A stretch of 64,000 nt of DNA. Origin: Promethearchaeota archaeon. Its GTDB lineage: Archaea > Asgardarchaeota > Lokiarchaeia > Sigyniarchaeales > SOKP01. The DNA lies in contig JAEOTA010000086.1 in assembly GCA_016840085.1 (NCBI GenBank), positions 137,130 to 201,129 of the forward strand, written 5' to 3'. Below are positions 52,396 to 61,537 of the stretch, piece by piece. Position numbers and translations under genes: made by a program. The stretch's first letter is position 1. The number at the start of each line of letters is the position of its first letter. The notes beneath the pieces were generated by a model. The model was not told where the DNA came from and ran no database searches. It was given only the letters and a program-made list of their open reading frames with translations.

Positions 52396-54084
52396 TTATC
52401 TACCTCCAAATGCATATATTTCAGATAAAATCTGCTCATCTGTAAAGTGTCTAATAACAATCGCATGATTAGTACAAGTTGCACCACATAGTCCACACCC
52501 CTTACAAAGTACCTGAGTTATTTCAATTTCATCATCTTCATTCTTATTTATGGCTTTATATGGACAAACAGTTATACATACTTCACAACCAGTACATAAA
52601 TTCTTGTTATATTCAGGTAAAAACGAAGTGGCGCCCTCTACTTCTATAGTATCATGGGATATAATTCTACTTGCCCTTGCGGCAGCAGCATATCCTTGAG
52701 TTATGGATTCTGTAATATCTACAGGCCATTTTGCTGCACCACATATGAACACTCCATCTGTAGCAAAATCCATGGGGCGTAATTTTACATGAGCTTCTAA
52801 AAAGAAATTATTTTCTTCTAAAGGAACTTTTAGCAATTGAGCAAGATCCTTATTATCATCATTTGCAACTAAGGGAGTTGATAAAACAAGAAGATCATAG
52901 GGTATAATCATCTCTTCTCCAATATATTCATTAAATACTTTTATGTTTTTATCTTCTACTATTGGTTCTTTTTCAAGTTTATAGTCAATAAAGATAACTC
53001 CTGCCTCTCTCGCTCTTCTATAATATTCTTCATAATAAGTCCCAGGAGTATATAAATCTCTAAATAATATTGTTATATTTGTCTCAGGATTTTCTTCTTT
53101 AATAAGTAATGCATTTTTCAAGGCACTCATACAACACACATTTGAACAGTATACTCTTTCATCATTGCGAGCTCCTACACATTGTATCATTACGACATCT
53201 TTTGCCTTTACTTCATTATTTGCTAATTTATTTTCTAATTCATGTTGAGTAATTCTTATTTTACCGTCATAACCAAATAATCCAGTTGGTGTAAAGAGAG
53301 AAGCACCTACTGCTACAATAATTACTCCTATAGTTAAATCAATATTTTTACCCTTTTGCTCAATTTCAATCTCATAATTCCCAACAAAACCTTCTATACT
53401 TTTTACTCCTGCTGAAGTATACACAGTTAAATTCGGATTACTCTCAACTCTTTTATTTAGACTTTCTAAAAGCTCAGAGGCATCTTGACCTGTAGGGAAT
53501 AATTTATTTAAAGTATTCAACCTGCCACCTAACTGATTTTCTTTTTCAATTAAATGTGTTTCAAATCCTTGATTTGCTAAGCTCAAAGCAGCAGTCATTC
53601 CTGCAACACCTCCACCAATCACTAATGCAGTTGGAGTAGCACCAACAATAATATTTTCAAGTGCTTCAAGTTTAGCGACTTTTGCTGTACCCATTCTTAT
53701 TAAGTCTTTAGCTTTTTCAAAAGCTTCTTTTGGATGTTTTTGATGTACCCAGGTGTCCTGATCTCTTATATTTACGAATTGGAAGAGATATCTGTTAACT
53801 CCTTCTTCAGAGATACAATTTCGGAATAATGGTTCGTGAGTTCTTGGAGTACAAGATGCAACAACTACACGATTTAAATTGTGTTCTCTAATCCCCTTTT
53901 TAATCTGTGCTAAACCTGTTTCTGAGCATGTATAGAGATTATCCTCTGAAAAAACTACATTAGGTAAGGTATTAGCATATTTAGCTAATTCTTTAACATC
54001 TATTAAACCACCTATATTTGTACCACAAGAGCATACGAACACGCCAATTCTTATTTCCTCCTCATTTTCGTTATTCTCCGGCAT
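52396..54084 (-). CDS. hdrA: HdrA-like protein (equivalent to the C-terminal half of the large HdrA)
   Basis: RIGVFVCSCG, SCTPRTH, GGGVAG, CVGAR, YCSNVCC, EAHVKLRP. Start ATG at 54084 follows GGAGGG. Confidence 0.92.
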   Translation of the reverse strand: MPENNENEEEIRIGVFVCSCGTNIGGLIDVKELAKYANTLPNVVFSEDNLYTCSETGLAQIKKGIREHNLNRVVVASCTPRTHEPLFRNCISEEGVNRYLFQFVNIRDQDTWVHQKHPKEAFEKAKDLIRMGTAKVAKLEALENIIVGATPTALVIGGGVAGMTAALSLANQGFETHLIEKENQLGGRLNTLNKLFPTGQDASELLESLNKRVESNPNLTVYTSAGVKSIEGFVGNYEIEIEQKGKNIDLTIGVIIVAVGASLFTPTGLFGYDGKIRITQHELENKLANNEVKAKDVVMIQCVGARNDERVYCSNVCCMSALKNALLIKEENPETNITILFRDLYTPGTYYEEYYRRAREAGVIFIDYKLEKEPIVEDKNIKVFNEYIGEEMIIPYDLLVLSTPLVANDDNKDLAQLLKVPLEENNFFLEAHVKLRPMDFATDGVFICGAAKWPVDITESITQGYAAAARASRIISHDTIEVEGATSFLPEYNKNLCTGCEVCITVCPYKAINKNEDDEIEITQVLCKGCGLCGATCTNHAIVIRHFTDEQILSEIYAFGGR

Positions 54085-54191
54085 GCTAGTATATCCCTCC
54101 TTCATTTAAATTAATATTCAATTTTCGATAAATTACAATCATGTCAAAACCAATTCTTATATCTTCACTTTCTTTTTCAGACATTTTCTCT

Positions 54192-55496
54192 TTAACCTCC
54201 TCTAATAACTTCTGCAGCTCTTGCTGCTGCTCCACTGGCTTCAGCAACAGAACGAGGTATATCCATTGGTTCACGAGCACAACCACATGTAAAAATCCCT
54301 TCTGCACTTGTCTCTACTGGTAAAAATGGATTTGTTTTTACAAAATTATATTCATTTAATTCAATCCCTAATACATCTGCTAATTTCTCAATTCCTTTTG
54401 ATGGAATTATACATGTTGCTAAAACGGCTAAATCTACCGTTAATTGTTTTATTTCAGATGTATCATAATCTTCATAAGTAATAATAGGACTTTCCTCATC
54501 ATTAATATCAATATGCGAAATTTTACTTTTAATATATTTTATATTATAATCATTTTTGCCTCTACGAAGAAAGGATTGAAAACCTTTACCTCCCGCTCTC
54601 ATATCAATATAAAAAACATATGATTCTAAATCATTATTATGTTCATAAGCTATCATAGCAGCTTTACTACTATACATACAACAAATAGAAGAGCAATATT
54701 TATGATCTCTATCTGACCGTGAACCTATACATTGTAAAAACGCAATTCTTTTAGGATCTCTACCATCAGATAATCTTTTTAAGTGACCTTCAAGAGGTCC
54801 TGAGGCACATATTAATCTTTCAAATTCTAAGGCAGTTACTACATTTTTATATTCTTTATAACCATAGTTTGTAAGAGGATCAATATCTTCCATTAAACTA
54901 TATCCTGGAGCAACAATTATACAACCGACATTATCAATTTTTAAGATCTCATCTTTTTGTGTGAAATCAATAGCTTCTGCGCCACAATTCTTGGCACATA
55001 ATCCACAAATTCCATAATTCAAGTATACACATGAATTTTTATCAATAATATACACAGGAGGAACTGCTGCAGGAAAGGGAATATATGCAGCAGCCATAGT
55101 TTTCAAATTTGCATCAAAATAATTTGGAACACCTCGTACTGGGCATATTGTAGCACAATCTCCACAATTTGTGCATACATCTTCTTTTACATAGCGTGCA
55201 CGTTTAAGGATTTCTACTGAAAAATCACCACTTGTACCCTCTATATTTTGCACTTCTGAAAGAGTGTATAATGTAATATTTGGATGTCGATAACATTCTG
55301 ATAATTTTGGTGCTAGAATACAAATTGAGCAGTCTAAAGTGGGAAAGGTTTTATCCAATTGTGCCATTTTTCCGCCAATTACAGGTTGCTTTTCAACTAA
55401 ATAAACTTTTATTCCCATATCTCCTAAATCTATGGCAGCCTGAATCCCAGCAATTCCTGCTCCAATAATTAAAGCACTTTTAGAGTTTTTTTCCAT
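54192..55496 (-). CDS. hdrA: HdrA-like protein (equivalent to the N-terminal half of the large HdrA)
   Basis: GAGIAG, QLDKTFPTLDC, inserted ferredoxin, CIGSRS, YCSSICC, PMDIP. Confidence 0.92.
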   Translation of the reverse strand: MEKNSKSALIIGAGIAGIQAAIDLGDMGIKVYLVEKQPVIGGKMAQLDKTFPTLDCSICILAPKLSECYRHPNITLYTLSEVQNIEGTSGDFSVEILKRARYVKEDVCTNCGDCATICPVRGVPNYFDANLKTMAAAYIPFPAAVPPVYIIDKNSCVYLNYGICGLCAKNCGAEAIDFTQKDEILKIDNVGCIIVAPGYSLMEDIDPLTNYGYKEYKNVVTALEFERLICASGPLEGHLKRLSDGRDPKRIAFLQCIGSRSDRDHKYCSSICCMYSSKAAMIAYEHNNDLESYVFYIDMRAGGKGFQSFLRRGKNDYNIKYIKSKISHIDINDEESPIITYEDYDTSEIKQLTVDLAVLATCIIPSKGIEKLADVLGIELNEYNFVKTNPFLPVETSAEGIFTCGCAREPMDIPRSVAEASGAAARAAEVIRGG

Positions 55497-55512
55497 TCAT
55501 TCCACCTTTTAT

Positions 55513-56619
55513 TTATTTCTTCATTTTTAGTGAAGTCATTTTTTTTAACCAATTAATTTTTTTAGGTCGCCATTCTGAAATCTGATCAGCTGGAATAATA
55601 TATCTTTCAATATATCCTGTTGCTAGTAAAGAATCTATTAAACTATGCCCCTTTTCAGTACGAGTTAGAATCATTGAATAGCCAGCAGGAGCACCAGATG
55701 CTCCAATACTAAGATCTGAAAATCTGCCTACAAATTCATCGCATTCAAGGCAATGATTTCTCACAGCTACATCTAGATCTTTAATACTTACTTCAGCAAC
55801 TTGATCTGCTTTCGATGTGACAAAAAAATTCTTCTTAATATTTGTCTTTTTAATATCTGAAGGATTTATTTTTGTTTTTGACTTCAAAATTTCTACTAAT
55901 TTATCATAATCAAAATTTTCAAAACAAAAAAGACTTATAACTATACTTATAACGTGCGCAGGTTTAATATTTAAAAGTTTCATCTTACTAATTGCCCTAC
56001 ATTGGCATGGTGTTCCAATAAACGCAATACGTAATTGATCAGCATCATAAATTCTTTTCTTCTGAGAAATTATTTCTTCTGCAACTTGAGTCATATCTTT
56101 TAATGGTAAGATGTTAGATGATATTGAATACCGAGTACCTGCTGATTTTGCTAAATCATCTTTACTGTATATTATTTTAGGTATGGGTTTAAAATTCTCA
56201 TCGTGTTCTGATACAATTGCTGCGTCTATATTATTAGTATCGAATAAATAGCTTAAAATTGTTGATACAATCCCACCATCTTGCCCAACTTCCTTTATTT
56301 TTGCATCTGTTGTTCTCGCAGCAAAAATATCAATAATATTTCCAAGTTCATCTTTGACGAGATGAGTTTCTTTTAACCTATCTAATAAAGGTTCTGTTTG
56401 TGGACAAATATAATAACAATATCCACATTCTTTACAATTTTCAACAGTTTTATCAGATTTAAACTTAGGTGTATAACCAACCATCTCAATAACATTAAAG
56501 GCCTGATTCTCGCAATAAGCTATGCAAGCGCCGCAAGCACAGCATCTATTTACTGAGATTACATCATCTTCTAGGTTTTTGAAAGTTTTTACTTCTGCCA
56601 ATCCCATTTTCTTCACCAA
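55513..56619 (-). CDS. Second FrhB/FpoF-like F420-interacting subunit
   Basis: CCACGAC...CKECGYCYYICP, QDGG, IGTPCQ, LFC, CLECDEF, DLSIG. Confidence 0.88.
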   Translation of the reverse strand: MVKKMGLAEVKTFKNLEDDVISVNRCCACGACIAYCENQAFNVIEMVGYTPKFKSDKTVENCKECGYCYYICPQTEPLLDRLKETHLVKDELGNIIDIFAARTTDAKIKEVGQDGGIVSTILSYLFDTNNIDAAIVSEHDENFKPIPKIIYSKDDLAKSAGTRYSISSNILPLKDMTQVAEEIISQKKRIYDADQLRIAFIGTPCQCRAISKMKLLNIKPAHVISIVISLFCFENFDYDKLVEILKSKTKINPSDIKKTNIKKNFFVTSKADQVAEVSIKDLDVAVRNHCLECDEFVGRFSDLSIGASGAPAGYSMILTRTEKGHSLIDSLLATGYIERYIIPADQISEWRPKKINWLKKMTSLKMKK

Positions 56620-56663
56620 GTTTTTTATTTAAATTTAAAATTCTTTTTTATCTTATTACAAAA

Positions 56664-57527
56664 TTAAAATCCTTCTAATAAGGTAGTAGGTCTAACGCGA
56701 TGAAATTTAAATCCTAATTCTTCAGATTTAAATCCAAAAGCTAATGCTACTAACTCTGAGAGATAAAAAATTGGAAAATTATAATTTGTTTCATTTTTTT
56801 TATTCAATTCTCGTTGATTAAAATCAAACTGTTGATAACATGCAGGACATACCAAAGTAACACAGTTTGCTCCAGATTCTTCAATAGATTTGAATTTATT
56901 GTCAATCATTTGAAGTGATAAGTCTTTATCTGATTTCTCAAGGGGATTTCCACAACACTCCATCTTCAATTCATAATCAATAGAATCTGCCCCTAATACT
57001 CTAACTATTTCATCAATAGTAACTGGATAAAAAGGATCATCCCAATTAATAACTTCTGAAGGTCTTAAATAATGACATCCATAATGAACAGCTACCTTAA
57101 AACCATTTAAAGGATGTACTATATTCTCTCTTACTTTATCAAGATTCTCATAAAGAACTTGAGCAAAATGTTTTACTTCTGTCTGTCCATTATAACTTTT
57201 ACCGATTTTTTTCAAGGTCTCATTTACTTCTTTTTTCACCTTGGGATCTTTATTGATAGAAAAATTCACTCCCTTCAACGTCTCTACGCAACCAGAGCAA
57301 AAAGAAATAATTCCTCCATTATCATAGGATAAACTTAAATTTCTTGCTCCTAATGCTAACCATGTTTTATGACCTATGAGTTCTATTCCCGTTGGATCAG
57401 GACAGCAGCTAAATCCGTCAACATCATTTAGTTTAATACCAAGCTTTTCAAATACTTTCCTTGATGACGCTTCTAAAAAAGGTAACCTTGCTGGAATGAC
57501 ACACCCTAAAAATAAATCATAAGACAT
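56664..57527 (-). CDS. hdrB: Heterodisulfide reductase subunit B
   Basis: Two CCG-type domains: FLGC, SCCP, CSGC, HYGCH.LRP, CCG, CPAC..QFD. Confidence 0.93.
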   Translation of the reverse strand: MSYDLFLGCVIPARLPFLEASSRKVFEKLGIKLNDVDGFSCCPDPTGIELIGHKTWLALGARNLSLSYDNGGIISFCSGCVETLKGVNFSINKDPKVKKEVNETLKKIGKSYNGQTEVKHFAQVLYENLDKVRENIVHPLNGFKVAVHYGCHYLRPSEVINWDDPFYPVTIDEIVRVLGADSIDYELKMECCGNPLEKSDKDLSLQMIDNKFKSIEESGANCVTLVCPACYQQFDFNQRELNKKNETNYNFPIFYLSELVALAFGFKSEELGFKFHRVRPTTLLEGF

Positions 57528-57530
57528 ATT

Positions 57531-58028
57531 TTATGCACCCTCCTTTGGGATATGATTTGCAAAATTAGTTTCTTTCATAATCTTCTCTATTTCGTCAATA
57601 GAAGCTGTTTTTATCGTAGGAAGTCCTAATTTTTCTCTTCGAGATAAAATTGCTTTAGAATATGGTATAGCTACTCCGTTTTCTAAAACAGTTCTACCCT
57701 GCACAATAAATGCTTCAGGTACGTTATCTTTTTCAAAACATTTGTTTTTAATTAATGTAAAAATTTCCGTTAGCTCAACTTTTTGAGGACATAGCTCAAC
57801 GCATGTCTGGCAAGTTGAACAAAGCCAAATATTAGGATCTTGTTTTTCTATTAATTTATCTTTTAAGCCTAAAATTGCTTCTTCAATAATTTTTCTTGGA
57901 TTATAACGTCCTTGAGTTAATAGAGCAACAGGACAACCACCTGAACATGTTGAACATTGATAACAATAACTTAATGAGGCATTATGTTTAAGTACCTCGT
58001 TCCGAAATTCGAAATTTATGACACTCAT
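57531..58028 (-). CDS. hdrC: Heterodisulfide reductase subunit C
   Basis: CYQCSTCSGGCP, WLCSTCQTCVELCPQ. Confidence 0.93.
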   Translation of the reverse strand: MSVINFEFRNEVLKHNASLSYCYQCSTCSGGCPVALLTQGRYNPRKIIEEAILGLKDKLIEKQDPNIWLCSTCQTCVELCPQKVELTEIFTLIKNKCFEKDNVPEAFIVQGRTVLENGVAIPYSKAILSRREKLGLPTIKTASIDEIEKIMKETNFANHIPKEGA

Positions 58029-58248
58029 GTCATCGCTTTTTTATTTTCTGATGATTGGGATAATAATATTAATTTTATAAATTTTTTAGAAAATTTTAAT
58101 AACTAAATTGTTTAAATGTGTTTTATGTTATTAAAATCACACTTATTAAGTTCAATTAGAACAATAAAACTTACCTTCTCGGATATTTCTTTTAATGATG
58201 ATAAAACTTTTTCTCTGCCTTTTGGGAAATTGAAAAATCAAAAGATTT

Positions 58249-58492
58249 CATGATCAAAAGCGATCAAAATATGCTATAAATGTTTGTTCTTTTACGCCAT
58301 ATTTTTGACGATCGATAAGAAAAAGAACTTTGATCGATCTCCCCTATACTAACTAACATTTTCCAAAAGAATCAATAAATTTCGGATCGACATGATCGAA
58401 ATCGTAATGATCATGCCAAAAATTAAATCACATGATCAAATTTTTGCTAAATTCATCTTTCTGAAACAATAAATGACTGATAACGATCAAAT
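58249..58492. promoter_or_regulatory. Array of 10 GATC-centred motifs in the divergent intergenic region upstream of hdrC
   Basis: GATC at 58252, 58262, 58310, 58332, 58336, 58385, 58394, 58409, 58434 and 58485; CATGATCAAA occurs twice. Confidence 0.55.
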
Positions 58493-58596
58493 TTAAATAT
58501 GAAAACGTTATATTATAATATTGTGGAAATAAGCACTTATAAAAATAAAAAAAAATCAAGAAAACATACATAAAAAATAAGCTAAGTGATAGAAAA

Positions 58597-58854
58597 ATGT
58601 GTAATAATTGTAATTGTGAAGCATATGACCAATGCTCAATAGTAGGGTATATGCCTGTTGGGTTTTGCTGTACTAAATGTTATCTTTACGATGAGGAACA
58701 CACATGTTTACATGCGTCTATGAAAGGAAAGGTCTCTAAGATTGAGCCTATCAGTACTTCAATTGAGGATGGGGTATTAAAAGTAGTTGTGAAGAAGGAT
58801 GAGAAGGAAATTCCTCTTATTATTGATTTAGATAAACAATTCGGCTCAGAATAA
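58597..58854 (+). CDS. Small Cys-rich protein
   Basis: 8 Cys in the first 37 aa (MCNNCNC...C...CCTKC...HTC); C-terminal SIEDGVLKV strand. Confidence 0.7.
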   Translation: MCNNCNCEAYDQCSIVGYMPVGFCCTKCYLYDEEHTCLHASMKGKVSKIEPISTSIEDGVLKVVVKKDEKEIPLIIDLDKQFGSE

Positions 58855-58940
58855 AATTTAACTAAAAGTATTTTTAAAATTACATTTTAAAATTTTAATA
58901 GTAATAACGTAGCGCCTTCACAGGCAAGTAAAGGGATCAA

Positions 58941-59012
58941 GTTCCTGAAATATCCTTGAATAACGTGTGAGTAGTGTGTGAGGTGAGTATTCAACGGATT
59001 GTTTTAAGGAAT
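58941..59012. repeat. ~72-bp imperfect hairpin element, copy 1
   Basis: Shares CCTGAAATATCCTTGAA and GTGAGGTGAGTATTCAACGGA with 61538-61615; arms are self-complementary. Confidence 0.75.
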
Positions 59013-59271
59013 ACATTTCTTAAATTATTTTTACTTGTTACTGCTTTCTTTTAAAGGATTTTTTAAATAGAATTAGATTTAATAAATAATAGATTTAGTA
59101 ATTAGCTCTTTCAGAAACATTCAAACAACTTGAAGCGGGCAATCTGGATGCTATTATTTTCGTGATCCTAATCCTAAATGAAAATAATATTCTCATTCAT
59201 AATATTTTTAAAAAATATATTTTTTCTAAAATAAATTCATAAAATTATCAATCATATTCACTTTCAAAGAT

Positions 59272-60462
59272 ATGCTACCAGCATGGCTAAGTTTTATCAT
59301 TATTATTGGCATAGTTATGGCTCTTTCTAAGTATGAGTTAGGTGTTATATTATCTATAGGAGCTGTAGGTTTTGCTATTTTGGCGGGAGTTGATATCTTA
59401 CAATCATTTATCAATGTGGTAACTGATCCATCTATTTTAGTTTTAATGATTATTGTCGCACTTATTCCTATTCTAGGAGGGATAATGGAAGAATCTGGAT
59501 TAATGATGGAAATGATTCAGAAAATGCGAGTTTCGAGGAAATCTTCTCTTATGATCATGCCTGCTCTGTTTGGATTATTGCCAGTGCCGGGAGGAGCTTT
59601 AATGTCGGCTCCTATTGTAGACCAGATTGATTCTGAAGAGGATGCAAACAAAAAAGTATCCATCAATGTCTGGTATCGACATATGCTAATCTTGATCTAT
59701 CCTTTATCTACCTCATTGATTGTAGCTAGTATTTTTACTAATATTAATCTCTATTTACTTGTAATTGCACTATTGCCTTGCCTTATTATAATGTGGTTAG
59801 TAGGATATTTTACGATGGTTAAGGATGTTCCTCCTTTTTTAGAACAAAGAGAACGAGATCTTAAAAGAGCATTTCATAATCTACTACCAATTATTATCGC
59901 TCCAATAATTGACTTTATTGGAAGAACATTATTTAATCTGTATGTTCCAGAATTATTCCTTCTTGTTGGCCTTATTTTTAGCATCTGGATAGCTTTACGA
60001 TTTGGAAAAATGAATGTCTCAAATGTGGTGAGTGTATCAAAAAAAATGAAAATTTGGCGATTTCCATTGATAATATTTTCCATGTTTATGTTTTTAGAAG
60101 TATTTATTCTTTCTAGTGCTCCTGAAGAAATTGCCAGTTTAAACTTATCAGTTTTTCTTTTTATGTTAATTGGATTTTTTCTTGGATTTGCGACAGGACG
60201 TATTCAATTGCCAATTTCAATATTAATCCCTATTTATCTTGTACAATATTCTGTCATTACTATGTTCCTCTTAGATTTCGTTTTCATTTACACTTCAATT
60301 TTTTTAGGATATCTAATTACACCAATTCATCCCTGTGTTGCTTATAGCATAGAATATTTTAAGACTGATTTTAAAAAAGTTGTAAAAGTCTTAGGCAAAC
60401 CAACTTTTATTTCTTTCATAATATTGATTGGTGTCTATTGGATCTTTTTTATATTTAAATAA
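59272..60462 (+). CDS. DUF401-family integral membrane protein
   Basis: Polytopic; GLLPVPGGALMSAP, NVWYRH, ITPIHPC. Confidence 0.85.
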   Translation: MLPAWLSFIIIIGIVMALSKYELGVILSIGAVGFAILAGVDILQSFINVVTDPSILVLMIIVALIPILGGIMEESGLMMEMIQKMRVSRKSSLMIMPALFGLLPVPGGALMSAPIVDQIDSEEDANKKVSINVWYRHMLILIYPLSTSLIVASIFTNINLYLLVIALLPCLIIMWLVGYFTMVKDVPPFLEQRERDLKRAFHNLLPIIIAPIIDFIGRTLFNLYVPELFLLVGLIFSIWIALRFGKMNVSNVVSVSKKMKIWRFPLIIFSMFMFLEVFILSSAPEEIASLNLSVFLFMLIGFFLGFATGRIQLPISILIPIYLVQYSVITMFLLDFVFIYTSIFLGYLITPIHPCVAYSIEYFKTDFKKVVKVLGKPTFISFIILIGVYWIFFIFK

Positions 60463-60553
60463 AGAGCTTTAAATAAAAAGATTTAATAACAATTTGGTTG
60501 GAGAAAATTCATCTAAAAAATAACTTTATTGATGCCTCAAGAAAAATAAAAAG
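60449..60553 (+). repeat. 105-bp direct repeat, copy 1 (includes the last codons of the DUF401 gene)
   Basis: Ungapped match to 61431-61535 with 9 mismatches by my count. Confidence 0.9.
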
Positions 60554-60568
60554 ACTAATTCAAATTTT

Positions 60569-60856
60569 TTAATCCTTATTCCATTCATTCCAATTAATGA
60601 ATTCTTTCATTGATTTGCCATAATACTTCTTATTGGTTCTCCCATTAACAATTTCGGTAGAATTTTTTAATAATCCGTCTTTAACTAGTTTTTTTATATA
60701 ATAACTTATTTTTCCAGGAGACCATTTTATTTTTTTACTTAATTCATAAATAGTAAGACCAGGATTTTTATCAATGAAACCGTACAAAAACCACTTATTT
60801 TCAAGAGCTTTTTTCTTTCTTATTTTGTTAGCACTCTCTAACACAGCCATTTTCAT
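60569..60856 (-). CDS. Small winged-helix DNA-binding protein
   Basis: NPGLTIYELSKKIKWSPGKISYYIKKLVKDGLL. Confidence 0.82.
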   Translation of the reverse strand: MKMAVLESANKIRKKKALENKWFLYGFIDKNPGLTIYELSKKIKWSPGKISYYIKKLVKDGLLKNSTEIVNGRTNKKYYGKSMKEFINWNEWNKD

Positions 60857-61016
60857 TCCTCCTCAAAAATGAATTTAGATAATATAATAATATTTACTAT
60901 TTAAATGTAAAGTGACACACAACCATATAATATACTAAATTTTAAATATTTAAAATTTTCTATCGCGACAAAATATTTTATATGGTTCCATATCTTTTAA
61001 ATTATAAATTTATTCT

Positions 61017-61295
61017 TTAAATAGTATTTTCGAGCTCTTTTTTTAATATATTTCCAGCTTCTAATCCTTTTTTACTCATTTGATAAGTTACATTTCTTCT
61101 TGTGGGATGGATAATAACAAAGCCATTAGAAACTAATAATTTCATTACTTTTTTAATATACTTATGTGATACTCCTCTTATTTTTCTAGTTATCGCTCCT
61201 AATGGGACATGGGATCCTAAACTATAATTATTTGCTTTACAACACGCTAATAAAACTGCTCTTTCAAATGTATTTAGATCTTCTAATTCCTTCAT
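61017..61295 (-). CDS. Small basic winged-helix-like protein
   Basis: YIKKVMKLLVSNGFV...YQMSKKG. Confidence 0.65.
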   Translation of the reverse strand: MKELEDLNTFERAVLLACCKANNYSLGSHVPLGAITRKIRGVSHKYIKKVMKLLVSNGFVIIHPTRRNVTYQMSKKGLEAGNILKKELENTI

Positions 61296-61430
61296 ATCAA
61301 TAAAAAAAACGAAAAATATCCCTTCATCAAAGTTTGTAATTTTGGTATCAAATTCTTATCTCTACTAAAAAAATATATTTTTTTTATATTTAAATTGACT
61401 GTTAGAAATAGTATTCGAACATAGTCTCTC

Positions 61431-61535
61431 TTATATTTAAATAAAGAGCTTTAAATAAAAAGGTTTAATAACAATTTGGTTGGAAAACATTCATTCAAAA
61501 AATAACTTTTTTAATACCTCAAGAACAATAAAAAG
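61431..61535 (+). repeat. 105-bp direct repeat, copy 2
   Basis: Matches 60449-60553. Confidence 0.9.
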
Positions 61536-61537
61536 GT

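Noticed and set aside
48128-55496. Selenocysteine (UGA read-through) in HdrA/MvhD, as known for some lokiarchaeal selenoproteins
   Set aside because: All Hdr and MvhD ORFs here are open with Cys at the motif positions. The hdrA split is at a TAA stop with a separate start and RBS.
58249-58492. CRISPR array or Orc1/Cdc6 replication origin
   Set aside because: The repeats are at most 10 bp and irregularly spaced. There is no ORB-like G-string motif and no cas or cdc6 gene nearby.
59102-59233. Short open frame LALSETFKQLEAGNLDAIIF... upstream of the DUF401 gene
   Set aside because: No start context or recognisable family. It may be a gene fragment but cannot be supported.
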